A DNA stretch of 64,000 bases from NCBI GenBank assembly GCA_907165135.1, contig OU015567.1, forward strand, positions 10,974,001-11,038,000, read 5' to 3'. The position numbers and the translations under genes were made by a program. Source of the stretch: Oikopleura dioica (Eukaryota; Animalia; Chordata). Under the pieces are notes generated by a model that was not told the origin of the DNA, did not search any database, and was given only the letters and a program-made list of their open reading frames with translations. Shown here in pieces: positions 12,385 through 24,049 of this stretch (position 1 is the stretch's first letter; every line of letters starts with the position of its first letter).

Positions 12385-12496
12385 CCCTAACCCTTAACCT
12401 AACCCAGGGGCTAGGCCCCCGGGACCCCCAGGAGGGGCCTAAACCAGGGGCTTTGCCCCGGACCCCCTTAAGAGTTCCTAGTCCCTAACCCTAACC
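12385..12496. repeat. CCCTAA telomere-like hexamers flanking two copies of a GGGGC-NNN-GCCCC hairpin unit
   Basis: CCCTAACCCTTAACCTAACCC at 12385 and CCCTAACCCTAACC at 12483; units ccaggggctaggcccccgggacccc and ccaggggctttgccccggacccc lie between them. Confidence 0.6.
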
Positions 12497-13931
12497 ACTA
12501 GCTCAGATTCTATAGATCTTGGATGGCTCGAATCATAGGCTCGAATGATAACCCCTCTCTTCGCCTGCTCTCTTTGTTGATCGAGCTACCAATAAATGAA
12601 AACAAAAATATCCAATTGTTTGTTTTTGCAAGGCACATGTCAGTTGTAAGGTTTAGTCCCGTGAAGACGTGTGTTTGTAATGCGATCTCGGATAGATTTT
12701 ATGTTTGGCTGATTTATAAACTTCGATAAACTTGGTTCAAAGTCTCGACGAATTCAACTTGACTTTTACTTCTTGAGGTTATGTTTGTATGCTTTCGATA
12801 AAAATAAACGCCTTTTAATTCAAATTGATTCTGGTGAAGTATATTTTGACAAGGTTTTAATCAAAGCAAATCGTCTGAATATAGAAAATGAATTTCGTTA
12901 TTTTATTTTATCTTCTGCTTTGAAGCGTGTCTGGCTCTGAAGACGACCGGAATTTAACATCAAAAATGAGCTTAAAACAAACGTCGGTTAATTTACATTT
13001 GTTTGATCCAAAAATACTGCGAGAATTTTCAACTACCCACTGTTTCTCCTTTAGCAGATGTTTTCGCATTGAGCAAAGCCACAGCTTACATTCATCTCTT
13101 CAAAAGCGAAACGGCAGTTCAATAGAATACTCTGCTTTTATCGTCAATATGAAGGTTGTCAAACAATCAACTCAACAGGAAATCGTGCAGCTTTGGAAAC
13201 AAGCTATCATCAAATAAAATTAAGTATTTGGGCCATCTTTGAAAACATATAATTTGAAAGCGCGAGGAAGAACCGTTAGTTATTAGCGGGAGAAACAGGT
13301 GCTTGGAAATATCGGACGCATGAGCGAGTACTTTATCACATGCATGTCCAAACAAGCAGTAAGAGAGTGACACTTTAGAACGTGTAAGGAAATTTTTCAA
13401 AGGCGCACTCAACGGCCCGCTGACAGGGCGAAGAGACAGAAGAATTTGAAGAAGCGAGACAAGACGCCCCTTGTTAGAGGAGCAATTATCGCTTTCGATA
13501 ATTACATGGATCAAGAATCCCCATCTTGCGACTATTTGTAATTATTTTATGCTACAGAAATTATCCACGCATCTTTCGTTATTAAACAACATCATTAAGA
13601 CTCTTGCACCTGTGTTTTGATTAGATGCATATTTTATCCGACAGATCGATTTCGGTACGAGGTAGCACTCGTACAAGTTTCTCGAATAATAAGTTGGTAA
13701 CGACCGTAGTAAATTAGTTAACAACTTGTATCAAATCGACAACTAATGATTTACAAATTTGTCCATGATGTTTTATTGAAGAAAACTTCCATAGGGGCAA
13801 GTCAAATGAGTTCAATTGAGCGCCCCGAGCACTTGGAAGGACTCTTCACGACGAATGGTGGTTTCTCCGAGAAGTGCGAAGCTAGAAATCTTTTCATGCA
13901 TACTTTCTTATCTTTAGGTTTCCAGTCTTAC

Positions 13932-16466
13932 CTCGTTTGACTTCCCCGGCGCTTGATCGCCAGCTCCGCTTCGATATATGAATCAGTTCTTGTTTTGTCA
14001 TCTCTTGATAATACCCCGACGATTACTTAAAAATGAGTTGGTTCAACGTCGAGGAAGTCTTTTTCAAGTATTTATTCTGTCAAAATACCTGTAGAAATGC
14101 CAACAAAGAGATTGACCACGAAGGCTCCAACAAACACCGAAGCACTGGCTAATGGAGCCCTTGTGGAGACATTGAGGAACATCAGCATCGGTGTCATGCT
14201 GAGGGAGGTTTCAAATTTTGCGGACGGAAAATTTTTTTCTCAGATTTTTGTTTCATCTGAAAAAGCGTGAAAAATGACGCAGATTGATGGTCGAATGATC
14301 GCTCCAGCAAAGATATTTTGGGAGAAAAGTAATTTTGAATGTTCAAAAATGGGTCAACTGGTCACCGTCACTGTGACTCATAGAAAATAGGTACTTTTAT
14401 TTTCTCTTCGGATTCTTCTTTTTCAGAGCGAGATCTAGTGGGAGGCCTAAAATGAGCGAGGTTTGATAAGGGATTTGATGAGATAACATCATCTGAAAGA
14501 AGTGATGAAAAAGCTCTGAAAATGGGCCGAAAATAGGAACGAGCAGCGACAAAACGACCTCGAAATCAGGCGCTTAAAATAAGGCTCATCCCATTTCCGA
14601 AACTGAAAATTTCGGAAAGGAAAGGGCAGCGACTAAACGGGGTCGAAATACGGCACCTCAGAATAAGTTTGGCCCATTTCTCATCATAAACATGATCCTG
14701 AATCATATGATCCATGTCGCCTATCCAACAAATGAAAAAATTGGTCACTCCTTGGAGTTATCAAGTGTTAGACCCACCATTCGACTCGTCTCAACGAGCT
14801 TAACAAAACTGCGCTATCGGCTTTCACCCTTTTTCAAAAAATCCTTGCGGACCTTTTTATTCTTGCCAATATCAGATTGCAAATTGACTAATTTCATATG
14901 AGACCTCCCGCGTCGACGTAAATCTCCATCAAGTTCTTGCCAACTGCCGAGCTCAGACTTTCATTCCATCAAGTGATCTTCTCCGCAGACGTCCAGAAAA
15001 CACTCCTTCGCTCTCGAAATAGTCGGAAGAGACGATCTAGATCCTTGATAATTAAATTTAAGGGGCTTTAAGCGGGCTTACAGCGGGTAATCGCTCCCCT
15101 TAAAATTTTTTGAAACCATAATAAAGGAAAAACTTGTATAATCTATATTTTTATACCAAATGGGTGAGGGTGGGGTTGGGGACATAACTGAGATTGATGA
15201 ACTCAGAATCCCTCGCCTATGTCAAGCCCCTTAAATTTAATAATCAAGGAACGGGGCTGAAACAAGCCCCGTAAATTTAATTATCAAGGATCTAGATCGT
15301 CTCTTCCGACTATTTCGAGAGCGAAGGAGTGTTTTCTGGACGTCTGCGGAGAAGATCACTTGATGGAATGAAAGTCTGAGCTCGGCAGTTGGCAAGAACT
15401 TGATGGAGATTTACGTCGACGCGGGAGGTCTCATATGAAATTAGTCAATTTGCAATCTGATATTGGCAAGAATAAAAAGGTCCGCAAGGATTTTTTGAAA
15501 AAGGGTGAAAGCCGATAGCGCAGTTTTGTTAAGCTCGTTGAGACGAGTCGAATGGTGGGTCTAACACTTGATAACTCCAAGGAGTGACCAATTTTTTCAT
15601 TTGTTGGATAGGCGACATGGATCATATGATTCAGGATCATGTTTATGATGAGAAATGGGCCAAACTTATTCTGAGGTGCCGTATTTCGACCCCGTTTAGT
15701 CGCTGCCCTTTCCTTTCCGAAATTTTCAGTTTCGGAAATGGGATGAGCCTTATTTTAAGCGCCTGATTTCGAGGTCGTTTTGTCGCTGCTCGTTCCTATT
15801 TTCGGCCCATTTTCAGAGCTTTTTCATCACTTCTTTCAGATGATGTTATCTCATCAAATCCCTTATCAAACCTCGCTCATTTTAGGCCTCCCCACTAGAT
15901 CTCGCTCTGAAAAAGAAGAATCCGAAGAGAAAATAAAAGTACCTATTTTCTATGAGTCACAGTGACGGTGACCAGTTGACCCATTTTTGAACATTCAAAA
16001 TTACTTTTCTCCCAAAATATCTTTGCTGGAGCGATCATTCGACCATCAATCTGCGTCATTTTTCACGCTTTTTCAGATGAAACAAAAATCTGAGAAAAAA
16101 TTTTTCCGTCCGCAAAATTTGAAACCTCCCTGAGATAAGTGGCTGACACTCCCGATAAAAGGCCACAAGATATGATGTGCACCATGTTTAAGGAAGTAAA
16201 TCGCTTCCAACGACAAATCAAAAGACCAATGAGACCTGTCAACAGCGATAAGGCTTGAATTTTTAAGAGAAGGTTTATCTTCGTCTTTTACCTGCATACA
16301 GTGAAAGTAACACGATAAATAAGATGGAAACAATAGACTTGACTTCATTGTCTTCAAAAATGTACCCAACTGTAGATCTCCTTCCTTCGGATAGAGAAAT
16401 CACCTCTTGCATAATACTTTTTCTGTCTATGAGCATCACAATGCCCGTGCTAATCAACGAGTTCAC
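13932..16466 (-). CDS. Multi-pass membrane protein (partial), possibly a degenerate Ion_trans-type S5-pore-S6 region; one exon interrupted by a foldback element
   Basis: Exons 16466-16292, 16253-16131 plus 14199-14089, and 14025-13932, with GT-AG introns of 38 and 63 nt, read VKSIVSILFIVLLSLYAALSLLTGLIG...SATYL|SMTPMLM...SVFVGAFVVNLFVGISTVIVGVL. The gene probably extends both ways (candidate exons 13170-13900 and 16500-18300). The channel assignment rests on motif resemblance only. Confidence 0.6.
14203..16130. mobile_element. 1928-bp foldback element with ~858-bp near-identical arms; 3-bp TSD TGA (PIF/Harbinger-like ends)
   Basis: Arms 14203-15060 and 15272-16130 are reverse complements; termini GGGAGG...CCTCCC; TGA at 14200-14202 and 16131-16133; no transposase ORF. 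Confidence 0.92.
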
Positions 16467-18766
16467 AAATTTGATTGCTTTCTAAGTAAGATTTAACAGC
16501 ATCAATTTTGGAACTGGAGCTTAGTCCATCCACACAGAAAATAAAGCTCATTACAGACAACGTACTTTTGAATGGATTTTCTTCGCCCTTCAAATCTCTC
16601 TCACTTCTTGAAAAAAGCGACATTTTCAGAAAGATTTTCTCGATTGTTTATAAAAAGTTGAAGATGGCAAAGTGGCTTGGCGAGGGAGAGGGTTATCGAA
16701 ATTAATTACCGACGAGGGAGTTAATTTAACACACTTCTCGTGTACTCGGAAGACTTTCTGGGTCAAACAAGACATCAAAATTCTGACGGACATCTGTATT
16801 TGCCGCTGAAATCTTCAGCCTGAAGAAACTGTCAAAAATAACAAGCAAAAGTTGTAATCGCAGATCAGAATCTTTAATATCGCGAAATGCATCAATTTTC
16901 TCGAGTTCCTCAGAAGGACCATAATACGAAAACAAATTTTGTGATATGGGATTTTTGAATGTACATGCTGGGCCAGCTCTGGTCTCTCTTCAAAACGTAT
17001 AATTCTTTCGCCTTTTACTAAAGAATTCCGTGGAGAGGGACACTCTTATGAGTATTTGATTTTTCTGAAGCCCTACACGGGGCAATCTATCCAAACCTCC
17101 CATAAACTTCACAAGTTTCATTGATACGTGTTGAAAATGCGTCAACTGAAAACTGCAGATTTCAAACAGTAACTGATAACAAATGTTATAGTGTTATTTC
17201 AGTTTATCACAGCTTTACTTTATTTTTAATAATTCGAATCATAACCAAATGTTTACGAAACAGTCTTTTTCAGCAAAATGATTTTGCCAAAATCTTAGAA
17301 TGAATCTACCATGGAGTTGAGCTCTAAGTGGAGATAGGGGAATCTGAGGTTCGCGAGAATACATGGTCTTTGCGCGAACCCGAATTCTGAGCGCGCCTAA
17401 TTTTGCGACAGCTGTGTCTAGCCAATCAGCGGACATTTTTATATGCAAATTAGGTCAATCCTGCTTTCAATCGAAGAGTTGTGTTTACTTAAATCACATC
17501 TCCATCATATAAGGCCTTGTTATTGCACCTTTGAGTTCCATTTTTGAGATACTAGTAGGTTTGATTAAGTGTCACAACAATGTTAGCACTTTTCCTCGTT
17601 GTCCTGCTTCAGTTTGTCGGGCCACTGCGAGTCTATTTATAGAGATAACCAAAAGTAACGGAAGAATTATTCGAAGAAAGTTCAATGCAAATTACAAGCT
17701 AGTAATTTGAAAAGGTGACAAGGTCCCTTTTAGAATTCTTTTCTTTTTTGAAAAATTAGTTGTTGCATGTCCGGAAGAGAAAAACGTGCCCACTGCGACC
17801 ATGATCCTTTTTGCGAAACCATCTTTCGGCCACAAGGGATGGCCATGAGCACCAGCGGTGCCCCCAGCTGGCGGTATTTGTATTCTGCCTTGTCTATAAA
17901 TTCATTCTGGTAAAATTCTGAGATTTCTGAGGAAAAAGCAATGGCTTTCTTTTCTTTTCGGTTTTACATCCCTTTGATGGATAAATCAATAACACCTTGT
18001 TTGCATTCTGGCCTGCTTCGGTAAGCCATGTTCCAACGAAAATGGAAATCCTCAGCTTCCTCCCGGCTCAGCACCAAAGCCGACAGAGCTTTCTCAAACC
18101 CAGCGCCGGCTTAGCCGCACAAATGAGCCAAATCCAACAGCAAAGTTTCCGAGAAAGCAGCGGAATAGGAAAACTTCTGTCTAGCTAGTAAGCCTTTTCG
18201 ATTTTACGCAGCATTAGGCCGTATAAATTTCGTTGAGCGTTTCAGTCACGTTTTTAAGAATCACCGAAATTCGACAAATTCCAACGTGTCTTTAGTATTC
18301 TCTCGCGGAGAAAGCGCCATGTCAAGAGAAAATTATCTTATCTTTATTGTGCCCAGTCAGTGTTTAACCTGTCTACTGGGACGATAAGAGATCCATTAAT
18401 CAGCATGTCTCCCGCCGAGATTTGTCACTTTTGACGGTTCATTAGTGGCTGCTCGATGAACACGTACCAACCATATGTTTATGAGACGCGGAAGGCTTAC
18501 GAAACTCGCGTGAAAAAATTTGGAATCCCAAAAGCCGATCCGATTTGATTCCATTAGTCGCTTGCTGACGCGTTTTTACTGACGTTTTACTGTAAATAGA
18601 TGACGTAAATCTTTTAATTTCACTTTTTCTGTTTATTCATTAATAAAAGTAACACAGTTTTAATGAAATGAAAAAAGATCAAAACTGCAAATCGTACAAA
18701 ATATAAAAAGTTAGTGCTCAAGAACTAGGAGTGTATATAAGTTAGATTAGTTAGCATTAGCAGCAT

Positions 18767-20530
18767 TTATGGAATATACACTTTTAAAATAAGTTTAAAA
18801 GCTTCATCATTTTTCGTATTTTTTCTTGAATTCATCTGTTAGAGGAACTTTCGTATCTAACTCTGTCGATAATAGCTGCTTCACCCCACAGAGACCACCC
18901 GACATATGAAGATAATTCCAGCTTCCAGTTTCATAAAGCATTTTGGCGTTTGTAAATGGATGTCCTGGATTTGTGCAAGCTCCATGGCCTTGTTCTTTTG
19001 AACAGATTCGAAAATTGTCAATTTAAGACATGCAGAAATAAATATTCTTTTTATAATTTCAAATCGGTTCCTGTTATGTCCAAGAATTCACTGAGCTTCA
19101 TCTTTGGATATTCGACGATTTCTGTTTCCGCCGGTTTTCTTTTCAAAAGCAAGTTCTTTGCCGAACAGTCGATAATGCCTTCCGCACAGCTAGTAAAAGT
19201 GTCCTTTGCCTTTTGGATTTCTTCTTTCATTTTCTAAAATTTCAATTACTTGGCTGACTAGATAAAGACACAAATGTATTTACCTCATGTCCAAATGCTT
19301 CAATTTTTCTGTGCAAAGAAGCATTGAAATAATCGTACATCAGAGTGTCTGTTTTGTGAAACTCTTCAAAAGTAGCTTGTCTTTCAGCATTTAGTGGTTC
19401 AATTTCGTATTTTCGTACATTAGTGCTTTCTTGGTACAAATGCTCGTATTCAGCGCAGAGCATATGTTTCATCAGAACAATTCCTTCCCAAAAATGTTCG
19501 GTAATCAAGACCAGGTCGAATTGCTTGTCGAGTCTCGCCAAACTCTCCTTCACGTATTCCATATCGTTTATTCTGTCGAAATCCATCCCGAGCTCGAATG
19601 ACTGGGGGTTACTGTTGATGGATAGGGAAATAAAAAGAGCTCGCGGGAAGCGAATTAGAGTGCGACTTACGTGGACCGCAATCTCAAAAATCCACAATGA
19701 CACTAAAAAATTAACCCGACTTAGTTACGGAAAGGCCGATTTCAAATCGGCGATTTGACCTAGGAAACTCAATCTTCGCTATCCAACCGTGTCCCTTACT
19801 CGGTAAGCGAAAGGTATCGATGCATCGTACGTATTTGGGAGAATGTCGAGGAACTCTTCAATTGTTTGGTTCGGCTTTCCATTAGCGTACTTGTTGACTT
19901 TGGAGAAGAGCAGGTTGTAGGGGAAGCCCCAACAAGCCCATTCACAATTGTTCGAGTTTTTGTAAAAATAGTTGTAGGTCGATCGAAAAGTTGCCAGCGG
20001 CTCACGAACAGTTGTGAAAGTTTTGACTTTCGCTCTATTAGGGTCAAGAATCGGCGGCAAATAATCCATGTTCCAGCGGAAGTGATACTCCATTGCTATT
20101 AAAAGGCTAGAACGCTGCATTAGAAAGCTTTATCTATTTTTGAAACCCACGGATATCCTTAATCCCTTAATTCCAAATCGCAACAACGACAATCTTTCGC
20201 AGCCCTTTCCTAAAACTGGATCGTTTCTTTTGCTATTTCCCCAGCAGAGCTCGTTGAATTTTGCCGGAAAACAACCTCCTTGAACTCCCATTTGCGGTTT
20301 TTCCATTTTGCTGAATGCACCGATGATATGGAGCCATTTGTCGACAATGTCTTTAAATGTCGTCGAAGCTGTTTTGTGTTTTTTGAGGAAGATGATTCCA
20401 TCTTGAGGCTGACACTCGTTCTTCCATAAATCGAGATCGGCTGTCAGTGGAATTCCTTTGAATTCATGATAGAGGGCGGATTTTCTGTTTTCAGTTGTTT
20501 CTGATGGAGGTTCTCGACTTGCTCGCCCAA
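18767..20530 (-). CDS. Galactose-3-O-sulfotransferase family protein (GAL3ST-like)
   Basis: PAPS-binding IIFLKKHKTASTTF (~20400-20360), YHFRWN, FTTVREPLATFRSTYNYFY, QSFELG, LDKQFDLVLITEHFWEGIVLMKHML and DTLMYDYFNASL are typical of the family. The 5' exon(s) and the exact 3' end are uncertain. Confidence 0.85.
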
Positions 20531-23500
20531 TAAGACTTTTTTGAGTTAAAAAAACTAAGTTTCAACTTCAGAAATGATGATAGTTGAACTCAATGCCTGA
20601 TAATAATGAGAAATACTAAAGATATGATGATCTTGTGATTCCTTAGCCAACCTGAAAAGTATGTTTTGAAGGTAAATACGTCTAGCGATGGCTCAATAAA
20701 TATACTCCAGCTATTGCAATTTATTGTTTCGTGAGTGATTATACCTTTTATATCTTCTTGAGATGTCATTCTCTTAATCTTATGCAGAGATACAGCTAGA
20801 AGATTACGATGAGAACGAAAAGTTTCACGGAACTTTGCCGCCGGCAGTGTCGATCGGGGTTCTTGAGCTGCAAATTTTAATGAAATTTTGTCGGTTAAAA
20901 TATTCATCCGATAGAATAAGAATTTAAAATCGAGATGAATTTCGAAGCCGGCAGATACCGTAATGTCGCTCGTATTTTATTTCATTTTTATATTTCTCAC
21001 CCAGCATTAAGGCGCAATTACAAAGATATTTAATAATAATAAAAGCCCTCAAATTTGACAAGATCAAAATGAAGTTGGACCTCTTAGGTCATATTTTACA
21101 AAGCTGGGGCATAAGAAATGCTAGAAACAATCCGATTTCCGGCTGGGCCAATTTCTCTCCGGTGGGACAAGACGACATTTGAAGAAACCGGAAATTATTT
21201 GCGCAGATAACTTGTTGATTGAGCTTCAGAGAAATGCTTAATTAAAAAATAATTTTCCTGAGAAAGCGAATTCTCTCAGCTTTGCCAAATATGCACGCAT
21301 ACATTTCGCAGTGCATTAGCCACGTCCATGATCAGGATCAACCCACACCCGTTCATTACGTTCTTGCAGATTGCCATCCAAACAAGCTCATGAATTCTTA
21401 CAGGACCGAGTCAAAACTGAAACATGATCAGTCAGTTGCAGAAACCCGTGTGTATGGAATAACTCATTTAAGCTAGATTTCAAATCTGAAACTTCCTTTC
21501 TCATCTGATCGGCTGCTGAATACAAAACACGAGAAGGTAACGCATCGCTTCTAAATGCGCCCACAGAGTCTGCTCAGTCTGCGCATCTGACTTTATTCCT
21601 GGCGCTTACTCTCTGACATCCGGAAAAGTTCATGCATACATGCGTTCCATACGTCCTCCTACACGTGTTCGTATCCTTTTCGGCGAATCATTGTCAACTG
21701 CATCCAGCAATCTGGTACTTTTTAAGGAAGGATCGACAAATTGAAAGAAGTATTTTATTTCATTAAAATTGTTGAATTTTTTTTTCTATTAGGAACTAAA
21801 GGTATCGATCAAAGTTTAAACTTTTTTTTCCCGTTTTTAATAAACACTGTATGTTTTCGCGAGCGTGTACGTTGTCAGTGTTATGTAAAACACTAACTGC
21901 ACGTTTAGTTCGCTGCTGGTAAAGTTTGAACGTACGCATAAACACCTGTCCAGCTCGAAAAAGAGGGGAGAGTGCTCTAAGTCCGCGAGGGCTTGTCACA
22001 AAAGTGCAGATCCACTTTGTCCGAACATCGTTGTCCGTGTTTGCTGTCCCTCCATCGCCGGAAACGTGCTCTTGTCGCCAAAGCGACTAAATTTTGACAA
22101 TCCGGAAAAATCCACCAAATCAGAGGATAGATGCTCGGATTCCGAGAAGATTATCTGCGCTAAAATTAGAAAGAGATACTGTCTCTTTCTTTTGTAATTG
22201 TTAACTTTCGTAAATCCAAAAGAATCAAACAAGTTCATTCGCCCACTTCACCTTTCAGAAATTGTATCTCAAGCAAAAAGAATTACTATCAAACCACAGA
22301 ATGATTTCGTAACGTTTCTTCGCCTCGTATCTCGAAAACTTTCGCTATCTAAATTCAACAGGATCATTAAAATCTTCTCAGGCTTTGATCCCAAACAATT
22401 TATAATTTTCAACCCCTCGCTCATAAATTTGATAAGAGTTCGTTTCCCATCCATTTTTTCCGCGAATTAACGGGACCCAGGAAAGACAAAATAATCGTTT
22501 TCGAATTTTGGCTGAACCGGGTACTCAGTTTTGCGGTCAACTTGCAAACTCTGGCGAGTACGAGCTTTTTGTAATCGCTTAAAAATCGAACTCAGGGGTT
22601 CCCAGCGATCAAGTCATTAGCTCCTGACGTGGGATTCTTCATTCACTGAATTAAAACTGGCCGCTGAAAATTTCATCCCTCGAATCAACTGTCAGTTGTA
22701 GCCCGGAATTCGATTGAAGGATCTTTTCATGTAAAGATCCTTACCCTTGAATTCGAGTTTTATTATCAATACATGTTGTGAGAATATTAATACTCCTTAA
22801 TTTTGATTGAAAATAATATTTTGCCAAGAAATATAAAATGTTCCCAGAAGTAAAGCGCTTTCCGAGTGTCGGAAGAACTTGCATGCCGCAAATAATAACT
22901 CAGGGGCGCGGTTCTTTGAGGCGCCGCAGACACACACTGGACGGATCTTCGTGTTGACTCCAGTGGTCGAGCTCCATCCGATAGCCCGAATTTGACGATG
23001 CTGCAAAGAAGATAACACACGCTCTTTTTCAATATTAAAATCCTTATCAGAAATGCTTTCCTAAAAGTCTGTCTTTTCCAAAATTCGTACGATCCCGGAT
23101 ATAATGTAACAAGCTTTTTAGCTCTTTGCTCAAACCGTTAAAGAAAAGATAACGAAAACCAGCAGCTTCGTTTTGAAGGAAAAACTATGTTCACTTGCCA
23201 AGATACGCAAAGTTCAAAACGCATTTTATCTTCACATCCGCTTTCACAGAAATACAAAATGTTTTCTAACTTAGTCGTGAAAGAGTCCTTTTGAGCGGAA
23301 AATGAGAGCAGATTGTACCGCAAATTAGCCGTCTTGGAACTTTGATGGGTTGATAATTTTTTCTCTAAAAGCGTCTTGCGCCTTATCAAAACTCCCTTAT
23401 CATACTTACCGTAACTTCACAGCCTAATCGTTGGGTTTGCAAGCTTCTTTATTTCACTAGGATAGTTCTACAAAGGGCATAAGCATAAATCTTATTTTAG

Positions 23501-24049
23501 AAATCTTCACTCAATCTTACAAGAAAAAAAAGGCTTCATAACATCTGCACGTGGTTGTTTTTAAATCCGTGCAAGATGCTTTGCGTTCACGTATCGTTAT
23601 TTCGCCGTGAATAATTTCCAACTTCCTTTAGAGCGTTTCCGCGTTTCCGTAAACTCACAATAATAGAAAACAAGAAATCTGATTTTCATATTGTTTAGGT
23701 TGTTACATTGTATTTGCATAAACAAACAGGCGTAAAGCGCCTTACTGGTTTTTGGCAGAATAGTCAAATTGTGACGGGACAAATTCAAAACAAAATTTTC
23801 AAATTCAAATATAATAATATATACAGTTCGTTGGGTCACGTGGACATAATAGTTACAGAGCTTTGACAAATGTACAAGCAGCAACTGAATACCAACTGAA
23901 TAGTAATCAGTTATCAACATAAAGTATCGAGGGGGTTTAGCCGGGAGGAAGTTTTCATCTTTCTCGCCAGCTAGGAAATGTAAACAGGGGATAATTTAAA
24001 AAAGCGACTCTCGGTTTTCAGGGAGCCATCTTCTCGGAGAGTGTAAAAA

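Noticed and set aside
14585-14596. CTCATCCCATTT resembles the start of the O. dioica spliced leader as I recall it
   Set aside because: Only 12 nt match with no continuation; plausible by chance in 128 kb of both strands.
14566-15766. Mirror-image 60- and 69-aa ORFs in the foldback arms
   Set aside because: Products of the palindrome; no transposase or other recognisable motifs.
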